Below are positions 16,725 to 25,435 of a stretch of DNA of 25,940 nt, piece after piece; the stretch's first letter is position 1; the number at the start of each line of letters is the position of its first letter. The DNA comes from a virus. Its lineage: Duplodnaviria; Caudoviricetes. The DNA is taken from IMG/VR virus record IMGVR_UViG_3300036876_000121, positions 1-25,940 of that record; one strand, given 5' to 3'. The notes beneath the pieces were generated by a model. It saw only the letters and a list, made by a program, of their open reading frames with translations, did not search any database and was not told the DNA's origin. A program made the position numbers and the translations under genes.

Positions 16725-17429
16725 ATGTCTAAAATGTTTCAAGTTTATGGAATTGGTCAGGCTCTTATCCCAGTATTACCCCCTCCTCTTCCTTTCGAGA
16801 ATCCACCAACAATCAATCAAACTAATTATGAGATTGGACAGATGGTATTTACACCACCTAAGGCGCCTACAGCATTTTTCCTTTATGGGGGAGCAGGCAA
16901 TTGGATTGAGTTTGCCACTAATACAGGAGCAATTGTCGCTATCAATGGAACGGCTAGTCAAGTCACAGTCACTACAGTCGCAGGTGTGGCAACTATTTCT
17001 CTCCCTGCTGCTATCACAACACCGGGATCTTTAGCGACTACTTCCACTCTAGCTTCAGGAACGACTCTAGCTGCTGGAACAAGCATGTCGGCCGGTACTT
17101 CGATCACGGCTGGAACCTCGCTGACTGCGACATTGGGGAATATCACAGCTACCAATGGCAATCTAGTCCTAGGAACAGCTGGAAATAAGCTCTCGATCGC
17201 CACTGGAACTAATGCATCCGTAGGTACTACAGCAGCAATGTCCGGAAGCCCTGGAGCAGTCACAGTATCTTCAACCGCCGTAACCACCTCAAGCATCATT
17301 CTATTTAGTAGAAATGTTACCGGAGGTACTCCAGGACAGGTTTCAATTACAGCCCAATCGGCGGGAAGCTTTACTCTGACTTCGACAGGCAATGAAACTT
17401 CAACATTTAACTATTTGATCATTAACTAA
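16725..17429 (+). CDS. Virion structural protein (T/S/G/A-rich, fibre-like)
   Basis: ORF 16707..17429. Low-complexity A/T/G/S repeats (LAAGTSMSAGTSITAGTSLTA) and a beta-rich C-terminal domain. Confidence 0.65.
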   Translation: MSKMFQVYGIGQALIPVLPPPLPFENPPTINQTNYEIGQMVFTPPKAPTAFFLYGGAGNWIEFATNTGAIVAINGTASQVTVTTVAGVATISLPAAITTPGSLATTSTLASGTTLAAGTSMSAGTSITAGTSLTATLGNITATNGNLVLGTAGNKLSIATGTNASVGTTAAMSGSPGAVTVSSTAVTTSSIILFSRNVTGGTPGQVSITAQSAGSFTLTSTGNETSTFNYLIIN

Positions 17430-17449
17430 TTATCGGAGGGTTTTTTATT

Positions 17450-17794
17450 ATGGCTTTTACAAGTCAAGCAAGAGTTGACACATTAAGAACGGTAGCTTTT
17501 GGAAGCATCACAGGAGCTTATACACCTGTTGGCCCTCCACTTGCATTTCAAGCGCGTATTATCTGCTTTACCAATACAACCAATGAAGATGTGACGTTCA
17601 GCATGGATGGCATTACCGATCAATTGATTGTTCCGGCCGGTAGCTTCAAACTGTTCGACATAACGACAAACCATAGACCTGTGAATCAGGATGATTTTTG
17701 TTTTGCAAATGGCACGCAGTGGTATGTCAAATATGCATCTGCGCCATCTTCGGGAGCGGTTTATATTGAAGTCGTCTACGCACAACCTTTCTAA
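17450..17794 (+). CDS. Small beta-rich structural protein
   Basis: 114 aa with SD GGAGG. Alternating beta-strand composition, in the fibre module. Confidence 0.65.
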   Translation: MAFTSQARVDTLRTVAFGSITGAYTPVGPPLAFQARIICFTNTTNEDVTFSMDGITDQLIVPAGSFKLFDITTNHRPVNQDDFCFANGTQWYVKYASAPSSGAVYIEVVYAQPF

Positions 17795-17810
17795 TTTGCC
17801 CTCTACCTCT

Positions 17811-18458
17811 ATGAAGGCAGATGCAAAGCTTAATGCTCTTCTCAAACAGCAAGCGGAAGAGCATAAGCATCTTTTGGATAATCATAATAAAGAGATGCAA
17901 ACTCTTAGGGATTCCCTAACAGTTGCTAAGGAGAAATTTGAGTCTATATCTGAGCGCAATGAGAAGGATTTAAATGATTTTCAAAAGAAGATGCATGATC
18001 AAATTTGTTTATTGAAAGAAAGAATTTATGCCGATGAATATATTATTTCTGAACAGCAGAAAACTATCAAATCGCTGTATCAGCAATTGGATGAATTTCA
18101 TGAACAACATGCAAGCAAGTCTAGTATAGAGAAATTTAAGACAAACCTTCAATCGGCAATACAAAATAACACAAATAGTCATTTAGAAACCTTTCAGAAA
18201 TACCAAAGAGAATTGGATACCCTGCTTCATGAGGTGAAAGAAGATGTGATCCAATTGAAAAAGTATATTGATCAACAGAATGATTTATTAATTCTAAAAA
18301 TTGAAAGCAATTTCAACCTTTCACGAATAGATAAAGATAGTGTTCTAAAGCTAATGCAAATACAGGGAAAAAACACCTTCATCATCGAAAAAAAAATTGA
18401 AAATATCTACACATTAATTGAAAGAATAAACCAAAAAAAAAGAGGTGAAGAATCATGA
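17811..18458 (+). CDS. Coiled-coil hypothetical protein
   Basis: ORF 17691..18458, likely starting near 17811. Heptad-like K/E/Q/L-rich sequence. Stop overlaps the fibre ATG. Confidence 0.65.
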   Translation: MKADAKLNALLKQQAEEHKHLLDNHNKEMQTLRDSLTVAKEKFESISERNEKDLNDFQKKMHDQICLLKERIYADEYIISEQQKTIKSLYQQLDEFHEQHASKSSIEKFKTNLQSAIQNNTNSHLETFQKYQRELDTLLHEVKEDVIQLKKYIDQQNDLLILKIESNFNLSRIDKDSVLKLMQIQGKNTFIIEKKIENIYTLIERINQKKRGEES

Positions 18459-21181
18459 GTCAGGCAGGAATAGTCGATTTCGAGGGTTCTCATCCTCAAG
18501 TACCAACAGCTTTTATTGCAAATATGGGGACAGCCGTTCCAATAGCGAATACTCTTGAAATTCTTGGTGATGCAGTACTTGCTCATAGCGTTCCTTTGCA
18601 GACCGTGGCATCTGGGAATACAATCTCTATTAATGTTCAATATGCCTCAGCTGCTGCTTCATCAGTCGCAACAAATGCCGGTATTGCTTCTTTTAATTCA
18701 GCTCAATTTACTGTTGACGCCAATGGCTTTGTTTCCTTCACAGGAGGCGCAGTTACTGAATCTTTCGAGGTAGATGCCTTTACAGCTCCCGGAACTAATC
18801 CAGTCGTTCCTAATGGCTCTGGAATGGTCATCGTAACAGGTGGTCAGGTCGCAGCTGGCACAACGACCAATGTCATAAGAACCGATTCCCTAGCCGCCAA
18901 TACCTACACAATTCAGATTCAGAGAAGCCAGGCCGTCGCTTCTTCAACTATCGGGGACAATGGAGTTTCTCACTTCAACTCGACTTACTTCACCGTGGAC
19001 GCCAATGGATTTGTCTCTATAGTTCCTTCGTCTGTCGGAAGTTCTGTCACTGTAGACACTTTCACGGCCCCTGGAACCAATCCAGTCATGCCAAATGTCT
19101 CAGGCAATATAACAATCACGGGAGGTCAAGTCGCAGCAGGAACGACCCCAAACGTCATTAGAACGGATTCCCTTGCGGCCAATACGTACATCGTCCAAAT
19201 TCAAAGATCTCAAGCAGTAGCCACTTCGACGGTCGGAGATAACGGGGTATCCCACTTCAACTCAACTTTCTTCACTGTAGATACCAATGGTTTTGTCTCC
19301 TTGAATGGAGCAGCTGTTGCCGAGACAATCACGGGGAATACAGGGGGCGCTCTTTCTCCCACGGCTGGAAACTGGAATATTCTAGGAACCTCAACGGCGC
19401 CTGGTACAGTCCCAGTCGAAACTTCAGGAACTGGAAGTACATTAACGGTACAGGTGCAAAAAGCACAGGCTATAGCTTCCACGAACGCCACGAATGTTGG
19501 TCTAGCTGCTTTTAATAGTGCTTTCTTCACTGTCGATAGCAACGGTTTCGTTTCATTAAGCGGTACAGCCATCGGAGAAACGATAACAGGCAATGTCGGT
19601 GGTGCTTTATCTCCTACAGCTGGAAATTGGAATATCCTCGGTACTTCGACAGCAGCAGGAGCCACGCCGGTTCAGACATCGGGTACAGGAAGCACTCTCA
19701 CGGTTCAGGTTCAAAAGGCGCAAGCAATTGCATCCACAAATGCAACTAATGTTGGTCTTGCAGCTTTTAACTCAGCAGATTTTACCGTTGATGCTAATGG
19801 TTTCGTCACGTTGGCCTCTGGGTCCGCAGCTGTTCAAACCCTAACAGGCAATTCCGGAGGTGCAATTAGTCCAACGGCCGGGAATATTAATACTGTCGGG
19901 ACTGGAAGCATAACGGTTGTGGGATCGGGATCCACTTTAACAACTCAATTGACTGGCCTGACTAATCATGCTGTTCAAGTTGGTGCTGGTACAGCTACCC
20001 TTACACAAGTCGGCCCATCTGCAACTGCCGGATCGGTATTGGCCTCTAATGGTGCTTCTTCAGATCCTTCATTTCAAACTATAAGTTCTCTAGGTGGTAT
20101 CACAACTATTACGGGTAACACGGGGGGAGCGGAATCGCCTTTGAGCGGTAATTTCAATATTCTCGGAACTGGAAGTATTACCGTCGTAGGATCAGCTAAC
20201 ACCGAAACCGTTGAATTGACCGGATTGACCAATCACAATGTGCTTGTAGGAGCTGGAACCGCAACGATAACCAATGTTGCCCCTTCTGCAACCGCCGGAA
20301 TACCGCTTATTTCGGAGGGTTCAACTACTGATCCGGCTTTTGGAACCGCTGTTGTTGCTGGCGGAGGAACAGGAAATACAACCTTTACTGCCTATTCTGT
20401 TATTTGTGCCGGGACTACAGCAACAGGGGCATTTCAAAACGTCTCGGGACTTGGAAGCACTGCACAGGTTCTAACCTCTAATGGAGCGGCAACTTTACCC
20501 ACTTGGCAAGCATCTTCTGGCGCTAATGCTTTTAATTCTATAAATATCCAAACTTTCACATCATCAGGCACATATACCCCGACTTCGGGAATGATGTATT
20601 GCATTGTCCAATGCATAGGAGGAGGGGGAGCTGGTGGAGGAGTAGCCGCAACAGGTGCGGCCAATTATGCAGTAGCTGGTGGTGGCGGAGCAGGTGAATA
20701 TTCTGTAGGGGCTTTTAGCGCCGCAACAATCGGAGCATCTCAAACCGTTACAATTGGCGCAGGTGGAACACCTGGTTCAGCAGGAGCCAATGCTGGAGGA
20801 ACAGGCGGTACGACTTCTTTAGGAGCTTTAATTACTTCTGTCGGAGGTGTAGGAGGGGGAGGAGGAGCAGTTCAAACTTTAGCGACTTTTGAATTCGGTG
20901 GAGCCGGTGGCAGCGGTGGAACAGGTGGACAAGTTCGCATTGGGGGAACAGCTGGATTTTATGGTATTGGTCAACAAGGTACACAGCTTTTGATCGGAGG
21001 TTCAGGTGGTAATAGTCCATTAGGAGGAGGTCAAGGATCATTTTCAAGCAACACAACAGGTCCGGCTGCATCAGGTTATGGCGCAGGTGGCGGAGGTTCA
21101 TCTAATGGTAATTCTCAATCTGCAAAAGCAGGCGGAGGCGGAGGGAAAGGAACAATTATTATCACTGAATATATTCACTAA
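18455..21181 (+). CDS. Tail fibre protein with tandem repeats and Gly-rich C-terminal domain
   Basis: 908 aa. Five copies of FNSxxFTVDxNGFV. C-terminal 'FTSSGTYTPTSG...IGGGGAGGG...GTIIITEY' Gly-rich domain typical of phage fibres. SD GAGGTG. Confidence 0.85.
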   Translation: MSQAGIVDFEGSHPQVPTAFIANMGTAVPIANTLEILGDAVLAHSVPLQTVASGNTISINVQYASAAASSVATNAGIASFNSAQFTVDANGFVSFTGGAVTESFEVDAFTAPGTNPVVPNGSGMVIVTGGQVAAGTTTNVIRTDSLAANTYTIQIQRSQAVASSTIGDNGVSHFNSTYFTVDANGFVSIVPSSVGSSVTVDTFTAPGTNPVMPNVSGNITITGGQVAAGTTPNVIRTDSLAANTYIVQIQRSQAVATSTVGDNGVSHFNSTFFTVDTNGFVSLNGAAVAETITGNTGGALSPTAGNWNILGTSTAPGTVPVETSGTGSTLTVQVQKAQAIASTNATNVGLAAFNSAFFTVDSNGFVSLSGTAIGETITGNVGGALSPTAGNWNILGTSTAAGATPVQTSGTGSTLTVQVQKAQAIASTNATNVGLAAFNSADFTVDANGFVTLASGSAAVQTLTGNSGGAISPTAGNINTVGTGSITVVGSGSTLTTQLTGLTNHAVQVGAGTATLTQVGPSATAGSVLASNGASSDPSFQTISSLGGITTITGNTGGAESPLSGNFNILGTGSITVVGSANTETVELTGLTNHNVLVGAGTATITNVAPSATAGIPLISEGSTTDPAFGTAVVAGGGTGNTTFTAYSVICAGTTATGAFQNVSGLGSTAQVLTSNGAATLPTWQASSGANAFNSINIQTFTSSGTYTPTSGMMYCIVQCIGGGGAGGGVAATGAANYAVAGGGGAGEYSVGAFSAATIGASQTVTIGAGGTPGSAGANAGGTGGTTSLGALITSVGGVGGGGGAVQTLATFEFGGAGGSGGTGGQVRIGGTAGFYGIGQQGTQLLIGGSGGNSPLGGGQGSFSSNTTGPAASGYGAGGGGSSNGNSQSAKAGGGGGKGTIIITEYIH
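18770..20345 (+). repeat. A-A-B-B-C-C internal tandem repeats of the tail fibre
   Basis: A units start at 18770 and 19052 (282-nt period), B at 19322 and 19577 (255 nt), C at 19838 and 20105 (267 nt). End coordinate approximate. Confidence 0.85.
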
Positions 21182-21214
21182 AAAAATATTGATAAAATAA
21201 ACCGGAGAATATAA

Positions 21215-21466
21215 ATGAATTATTTATTGTTGCTTTTGATCCTCTTAGGGGGTTGTCAATTTATTCCAGAAATGGCTAAAGACTTAGAGAGCATAGAAAC
21301 AGATACAGCGATTAGAATTGAGGTTTCTAGGGAAACATTCCAAAAAGAAACTGATTTGCAAATCAACGTCAATGTCCAGAATAAGGATTCAAAAATACCT
21401 GTAAAAACATCCTTTCTTATAGAAAGTGAAAAACTAAAGAAAAAAAGGAATTCAACTATATGTTAG
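21215..21466 (+). CDS. Small putative lipoprotein
   Basis: MNYLLLLLILLGG-C: hydrophobic signal with a lipobox-like LGGC. SD GGAG. Confidence 0.6.
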   Translation: MNYLLLLLILLGGCQFIPEMAKDLESIETDTAIRIEVSRETFQKETDLQINVNVQNKDSKIPVKTSFLIESEKLKKKRNSTIC

Positions 21467-21693
21467 ATAAAATCAAAGAACTTTTCAAAGAAGAACTGAA
21501 ATATACTCACGTAGCTGGTCTTCTTCAACAGATAGCCAATGTTGTGAATATCGTTAATGCTCAATATATGAAAGAAGATCAAGGAAAGAATGCTGCTATT
21601 GATGCCATTTGTGAAATTTTACAGAGCCATAAAGATGTACCAGCCTCAGCACAGCCGGCCGCGACTCAAGGGGCATCTAATGCCGCTCAATAA
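21460..21693 (+). CDS. Hypothetical protein
   Basis: 77 aa, SD AAGGA, overlapping its neighbours. Confidence 0.6.
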   Translation: MLDKIKELFKEELKYTHVAGLLQQIANVVNIVNAQYMKEDQGKNAAIDAICEILQSHKDVPASAQPAATQGASNAAQ

Positions 21694-21835
21694 ATCCGGA
21701 TCAAAGAAATCTGTTGGTGAGAATATTAAGACAGAAATGAAAGCGGGCAAACCAAAGGCCCAAAGTGTGGCCATTGCTCTTAATGTAGCAAGAAAAGCCG
21801 GCGCTAAAATCCCTCAGAAAAAAGGAAAGAAGTAA
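21680..21835 (+). CDS. Small basic phage protein (MPLNKSGSKKSVGENIKTEMKAGKPKAQSVAIAL...)
   Basis: Start ATG 21680 within ORF 21590..21835. Matches the familiar small phage pattern MPLxKGxSxKxxxxNIxxExxxGKPxxQAVAIAL. Confidence 0.7.
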   Translation: MPLNKSGSKKSVGENIKTEMKAGKPKAQSVAIALNVARKAGAKIPQKKGKK

Positions 21836-21843
21836 TTATTATT

Positions 21844-21978
21844 ATGGATAAAGCCATCAAAAAAGAAAAGAAAGCTATGGATAAAGGCATGAATAAGCTC
21901 GCTGCCATGGATAAGAAAAATGACAAGAAGCATGAGAAGAAAGGCATGAAGAAGGCTATGAAAAAAAAAGGCTGCTAA
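21844..21978 (+). CDS. 44-aa Lys/Met-rich peptide (MDKAIKKEKKAMDKGMNKLAAMDKKNDKK...)
   Basis: Translated by hand. Fills the gap before the terminator and has three MDK repeats. Confidence 0.55.
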   Translation: MDKAIKKEKKAMDKGMNKLAAMDKKNDKKHEKKGMKKAMKKKGC

Positions 21979-21982
21979 ATGC

Positions 21983-22018
21983 AAAACCCTATGGTAACTC
22001 AATACCATAGGGAATTTT
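21983..22018. terminator. Probable bidirectional intrinsic terminator between convergent late and recombination operons
   Basis: CCCTATGGTA-ACTCAA-TACCATAGGG, a perfect 10-bp stem (21987-22012), flanked by AAAA and AATTTT. Confidence 0.75.
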
Positions 22019-22036
22019 AAGGAAGAAGATTTTAGA

Positions 22037-22897
22037 TTATGCAACTAAAATTTTCCAAGTAACAGTTGAACCTTTTCGATATTTATCGAGATCTAAGGCT
22101 TTAATTTCAGGGATTTCATCATATGCCACACGACCGCGAACTGTGGTCTTCATGACTCTCACTCCTTCTCCCATACAACTTTGATCGCCTGAAAGATTCA
22201 AAAGAAGTCTCCTGTATTCTTCTTTACGAGCTTCTAATTCTTTAATTTGCCAACTGACTTTTTTATAATCATTAGCAATATTAATCCAAGGCATATCATG
22301 AGACATGTCCTTATAGTCTGAATCCTGTAAAGCAGGCGCTTCATTGAAAGCTACGCACTTCCAGAATTCGCGAGCTTTAGCCAGGAATTTAGCTTCAAAC
22401 TCTGGATCGGGTAGAACTTCAATACAAATCCCATCGACGCCATCAAAACTGTAATAGAAGCACTTTGAAGCTCTAGTAACAAGCAATTGATGTTGCATTT
22501 GATCCATGTAATATGGGGGTATTTCTCCTTTCTTAGCCATAGCATGAAGTTTTTCTCCTCCGCATTTGATCTCAAGGATAGAATTCGCTAAATGAGACAT
22601 GCCATCCAAGGAAGCTCCGAGAAAGTCAAATTCCGTGCTTTCTACAACCATAGATTCCATTTCGACCCCAAAACGTTGCACAAATTGCGCTCTCGCCTCT
22701 GGTTCTAGTCGTTTTCCTCTTTCCATGGCCTCGTTACTTTTTTGCTCAGGAATAAGGTCTAGCTTTCTTTGCCAAACCTTATAGGCCGTTGACCAGGGAG
22801 AGGAACCCAGGATCGCTGGGCAGTCTGTTGCGGTTATGACTGACTTTCTCCAAGAGAGCCATTCTGAGGAACCTTGTTCGACTTGGATAATTTTCAT
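22037..22897 (-). CDS. YqaJ-like (lambda-type) exonuclease
   Basis: QGSSEWLSWRK...ITATD...ILGSSPW...MERGKRLEPEAR...LGASLDG...ILEIKC...YYMDQMQHQL, the PD-(D/E)xK viral recombinase exonuclease motifs. Confidence 0.92.
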   Translation of the reverse strand: MKIIQVEQGSSEWLSWRKSVITATDCPAILGSSPWSTAYKVWQRKLDLIPEQKSNEAMERGKRLEPEARAQFVQRFGVEMESMVVESTEFDFLGASLDGMSHLANSILEIKCGGEKLHAMAKKGEIPPYYMDQMQHQLLVTRASKCFYYSFDGVDGICIEVLPDPEFEAKFLAKAREFWKCVAFNEAPALQDSDYKDMSHDMPWINIANDYKKVSWQIKELEARKEEYRRLLLNLSGDQSCMGEGVRVMKTTVRGRVAYDEIPEIKALDLDKYRKGSTVTWKILVA

Positions 22898-23100
22898 ACT
22901 ACTACCGCCTCAGCTTCCTTACTTTGAACCTTTCCCGTGTCTCTTAATTCAAAAGTGGTTAATACTCCATTTATTTTTTTAAGAGTAATTTCATACTTCC
23001 TTTCTGACATTTCAAAAACAACACAAGATTGGATAGTATCAAAGTCATAATGAAGATTTCTTATTGTACAAATTGTATTTATTAAATCAGTACTTTTCAT
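22894..23100 (-). CDS. Hypothetical protein
   Basis: Probable start ATG 23100 with SD GAGG. Coupled between the annealase and exonuclease genes. Confidence 0.55.
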   Translation of the reverse strand: MKSTDLINTICTIRNLHYDFDTIQSCVVFEMSERKYEITLKKINGVLTTFELRDTGKVQSKEAEAVVV

Positions 23101-23101
23101 G

Positions 23102-23911
23102 TTATACCGCCTCATCAATTTTGTTTTCTTTGTTTTTATCATTCAAATATTTAATTTTAGCTAAGAGAGATCTTTCGCACTTTTCAAAACTATTTTCGGG
23201 CAATTCAGTAACTGAAATTGCATTGTATTCTTTTTTAATCCATGCATCAAAATTTGCAACACTCTCTAAGTCCAATTGACTAGTTAAGTTCAATAGGATT
23301 TTTGCTTTCTCACCGCTTAAGAATTCGGGTAAATACGACTCATCAACATTAGGGCTAACTTCAATGGCATCCGGGTCTTCAAGCGGTCTATCTGCTGGAT
23401 CTACATTCATAATGTCCCACTTTTCATCCTCAGAGTAGCTATTTCCAATTACATCAGGAAATAGAGTCCTTGCTAGAGTTGACATGGCCCGATTGTATAA
23501 CATTTGCTTAGGAAACTTCTTCCAGGTAGGAGAGTTCAAAAGCCCTGCGTTTAGAGCATCTTCAATTGTGTACTCAAACTTTACACTGTCTCCATTGTCT
23601 TTTCTTACTCCTATAATGACGCAACTCTTGTTCGTCCATTCAGGAATCTTAATGCTATGGCCCTCCTTGCGGATTCTATCAGCCATGAGTGCAGTACTCA
23701 TGCTTATTTTGCCGTTAACGATATAAAAACCGCCATTGATAGCCTTCATTGGGCTTATCCCAAGGTCTTTCGCCGTGAGCATGATATTCATTAGGGTTTC
23801 TGGAGAACCGTTAGAGCTTCCTCCCTTTGATGCAATACTGGCAAGCATACGAAAGTGATCGATATCGTGAGCTTTCGATTGGTATTTTGTTAATGATGTT
23901 GATGTTGTCAT
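23102..23911 (-). CDS. RecT/Bet-like single-strand annealing recombinase
   Basis: 'AKDLGISPMKAINGGFYIVNGK...AGLLNSPTWKKFPKQMLYNRAMSTLARTLFPDVIG.YSEDE' is the RecT-family pattern. Paired with the YqaJ exonuclease. SD AAGGA. Confidence 0.85.
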   Translation of the reverse strand: MTTSTSLTKYQSKAHDIDHFRMLASIASKGGSSNGSPETLMNIMLTAKDLGISPMKAINGGFYIVNGKISMSTALMADRIRKEGHSIKIPEWTNKSCVIIGVRKDNGDSVKFEYTIEDALNAGLLNSPTWKKFPKQMLYNRAMSTLARTLFPDVIGNSYSEDEKWDIMNVDPADRPLEDPDAIEVSPNVDESYLPEFLSGEKAKILLNLTSQLDLESVANFDAWIKKEYNAISVTELPENSFEKCERSLLAKIKYLNDKNKENKIDEAV

Positions 23912-24006
23912 AAATTTTACTTCCTTTATTTGTTGTTTTTGATGATATTGGCGTTAGCACGTATCCTTTTCATAGTGGGGAGAGGCTACAACCTCTCTCC
24001 GCCTCC

Positions 24007-24195
24007 CTACATAAAATCTGAATAAGACATTCCTAAACAGATCATACACACATTTGAACAAGAACATTCTTTTTGTTTTTCATCTTTTTGTTCTTTATCT
24101 TCTTGATAGTCGTTTAACTCCACACCTTGCCAAGATAATAGCTCGGTGCGACTCCATTGGTTCCAGTAAGCGGCTGTCATAATCCTAACTTCCAT
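24007..24195 (-). CDS. Hypothetical small Cys-containing protein
   Basis: 62-aa ORF in the early leftward operon, with CSCSNVCMIC at the C-terminus. Confidence 0.5.
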   Translation of the reverse strand: MEVRIMTAAYWNQWSRTELLSWQGVELNDYQEDKEQKDEKQKECSCSNVCMICLGMSYSDFM

Positions 24196-24370
24196 ACATA
24201 TATAGGAATTCTTTCAGCTCACTGGCCCTTTTTTGTAAGTCCCAGGAGACTTCCTCTAAAAATATAGCCTTAGAGGTATTGTAGTTCTTAGGATCGTTAC
24301 AATATTCCTCAAGCTTTTGCGATGTCGAAACTATATTGGCGATAGCTTCGCTTATTGGGCTGGTATTCAT
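24185..24370 (-). CDS. Hypothetical protein (first gene of the leftward early operon)
   Basis: 61 aa, SD AAGGA upstream. Confidence 0.6.
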   Translation of the reverse strand: MNTSPISEAIANIVSTSQKLEEYCNDPKNYNTSKAIFLEEVSWDLQKRASELKEFLYMYGS

Positions 24371-24393
24371 TCGATTAATTTCCTTAATGTTTG

Positions 24394-24456
24394 TTGTTTT
24401 TATTGTTTTTGCTTGTTATACTCATTACTGTATCGGAATACCGAATTTTTGCACAA
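24394..24456. promoter_or_regulatory. Face-to-face sigma70-type promoters with a central palindrome
   Basis: + strand: TTGTTT (24394)-17 nt-TATACT (24417) with TG extension. - strand: TTGTGC (24456-24451)-18 nt-TACAGT (24432-24427). Palindrome TCGG-AATA-CCGA at 24433-24444. Confidence 0.5.
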
Positions 24457-24480
24457 CAAAAATAAATAAAAAAGAGGGAT

Positions 24481-24741
24481 ATGCTGAATAAATTTGCTAT
24501 CTGGATGAAAAGCAATGATAAGAAACAGAGAGGCGTAGCAGAGAAGATAGGTATCAGTACCTCTACGTTGCATGATATACTTCGCAAGGGGCAGATGCCA
24601 AGCTTGCGTCTGGCTTATGAGATAGAGAAATACACACATGGGGCCGTGACAATCTACGATTGGATTGATCAGTCTATCCAGATAGATAAGAACATCAACG
24701 AAACTGTAGCCACAACTAAGACCAAGAAGATCAAAACATAA
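24481..24741 (+). CDS. Cro-like XRE-family HTH transcriptional regulator
   Basis: 'KQRGVAEKIGISTSTLHDILRKGQMPSLRLAYEIEKYTHGAVTIYDW' Cro/XRE pattern. SD GAGG. Confidence 0.85.
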   Translation: MLNKFAIWMKSNDKKQRGVAEKIGISTSTLHDILRKGQMPSLRLAYEIEKYTHGAVTIYDWIDQSIQIDKNINETVATTKTKKIKT

Positions 24742-24892
24742 CGAAAGTCTTGGCTCGTCTTTAAGCCTTCCAAAAGCTCCAAAAAAACTTCTTTCATACA
24801 TAATCCCTCATACGAGGGACTCTATATAATAATCAAAAGATCTTGCAAATATATTTTAAGAAATATTATGAGGAGTGACGCCATTAAAGGGT

Positions 24893-24929
24893 GACGCAGC
24901 TAACGCCAATCAGCTGCGCCGTTTTTTTT
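24893..24929 (+). terminator. Intrinsic terminator
   Basis: CGCAGCT-AACGCCAATC-AGCTGCG stem followed by CCG and eight T. Confidence 0.65.
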
Positions 24930-25124
24930 GAATATGAATGAATACCATCAAAACGCCAAAAAGTTTCCGGAGGTTTACAGACTTATAAATTAGCCTATAA
25001 ATTCGAGGAAGCGGACATTTCTGCGTCAGATCGTAAGTTATCCTCGAAATAAATACAACTAGAACATCTTGAGGATAATAACTTTGAAAAATCATCTATA
25101 TAACTCCACAAAGACTATCTTTTT

Positions 25125-25433
25125 ATGAGTAAGATCAAAAATAAGATTAAGAAAGTTGGAGAAATCAAAGAAAAGAAAAGCAAAATAAATCCTATCACTG
25201 GGAAGTTAAACCATATCAAAGTCCTCTATACCTACAATGACGTTGAATATGACATTGACGGTTGGGCGGATTGCATGAAATATCTACCTGCCGATTTTGA
25301 CCTAGTTTACCTAAGACTTGAAAGAGAGAGGACAATACCAGGCTGGATCAGCGGAACGAATTGGGATGCTATAAGACTAAAATCGACCGATAAAGTTCTT
25401 TATTGGAAGAGAAAAATGGAGGCTGAAGAATAA
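25125..25433 (+). CDS. Hypothetical protein
   Basis: 102 aa, Lys-rich N-terminus and Trp-containing C-terminal domain. Confidence 0.65.
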   Translation: MSKIKNKIKKVGEIKEKKSKINPITGKLNHIKVLYTYNDVEYDIDGWADCMKYLPADFDLVYLRLERERTIPGWISGTNWDAIRLKSTDKVLYWKRKMEAEE

Positions 25434-25435
25434 GC

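Noticed and set aside
18770-20345. Fibre repeats as a DGR template/variable repeat pair or a CRISPR array
   Set aside because: The repeats are in-frame coding duplications whose differences are mainly synonymous rather than adenine-specific. No reverse transcriptase or cas gene is present, and there is no repeat-spacer periodicity.
16958-20664. Long antisense ORFs (16958..17392, 19210..19665, 20434..20664)
   Set aside because: These are mirror-frame artefacts of Gly/Thr/Ala-rich fibre codons.
23977-24000. Hairpin GGGGAGAGG-CTACAA-CCTCTCTCC between early leftward genes
   Set aside because: The stem is real on the + strand but weaker on the transcribed - strand, and it has no U-tract. Function cannot be assigned.
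24384-24801. Minus-strand ORFs 24384..24587 and 24400..24801 as a CI repressor
   Set aside because: They are antisense to the Cro-like gene and have no HTH or S24 peptidase motifs.
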